A stretch of 63,941 bases of DNA, the filler included, from Diploschistes diacapsis (lineage: Eukaryota), in the NCBI GenBank assembly GCA_023645945.1. It is 13 parts of 13 records of this genome, joined end to end, with 100 filler letters (N's around TTAATTAATTAA, not from the genome) between each part and the next. Parts side by side here need not be neighbours in the genome. Positions count along the whole stretch, not along the records: positions 60,890 to 63,941 come from JALAIB010002014.1; 12 more parts are not named here. The stretch is one strand, 5' to 3'. The position numbers and the translations under genes were made by a program. Below the pieces are notes generated by a model. The model had not been told where the DNA came from. It made no database searches and was given only the letters and a program-made list of their open reading frames with translations. Shown piece by piece: positions 63,802 through 63,941 of this stretch (the first letter of the stretch is position 1; each line of letters begins with the position of its first letter).

Positions 63802-63941
63802 ACGTGTTTCACGGGGATTCCGGCCAACCCCAGATTCCGGCCACTTTTGCCAAGAAATAGTTTAAATCTTCAATAATTCTTCGAAATTAATCGTTATTTT
63901 TTTTTTCAAAATATTACTTTTCAATCAATTATCTATCATAT
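63802..63941. mobile_element. pogo/Fot1-type TIR (probably the opposite end of the 9182 family)
   Basis: TA|ACGTGTTTCACGGGGATTCCGGCCAACCCCAGATTCCGGCCAC followed by different internal sequence. Confidence 0.8.

Overview
This window is not contiguous genome. It holds 13 short fungal contigs (filamentous ascomycete/Pezizomycotina-type genes with short GT-AG introns) joined by twelve identical artificial 100-nt spacers (N44-TTAATTAATTAA-N44). Contig lengths fall from about 3.1 kb to about 3.07 kb, with one 25.7-kb contig (22360-48083) out of order, so synteny across spacers is meaningless. About half the contigs are AT-rich, RIP-like mutated transposon relics: Ty1/copia with a half-tRNA-iMet PBS, several Ty3/gypsy pol regions, nested LTRs and pogo/Fot1-type DNA transposon ends. 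There is also an intact 209-bp MITE. GC-balanced DNA carries ordinary fungal genes: a NAPE-PLD-like metallo-beta-lactamase, a small secreted protein, LIA1/DOHH, RPA12, a Zn2Cys6 factor, a GH16 Crh-like enzyme, SCC2, an aldehyde dehydrogenase, a PQ-loop protein, a class I glutamine amidotransferase-like protein, PXMP4-like and PTH11-like membrane proteins and a conserved unknown protein. Several pseudogenes are present, including two decayed gene pairs. Best leads: a ~1.1-kb ORF-poor, hairpin-rich island at 52384-53490 (candidate structured RNA), pogo TIR variants with identical geometry, a Crh-like protein ending in a Trp-rich amphipathic tail instead of a GPI signal, an LTR-donated in-frame ATG, and CpG-sparing RIP. 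I cannot demonstrate a new biological system from sequence alone. All family calls are from motif recognition; no database search was run.
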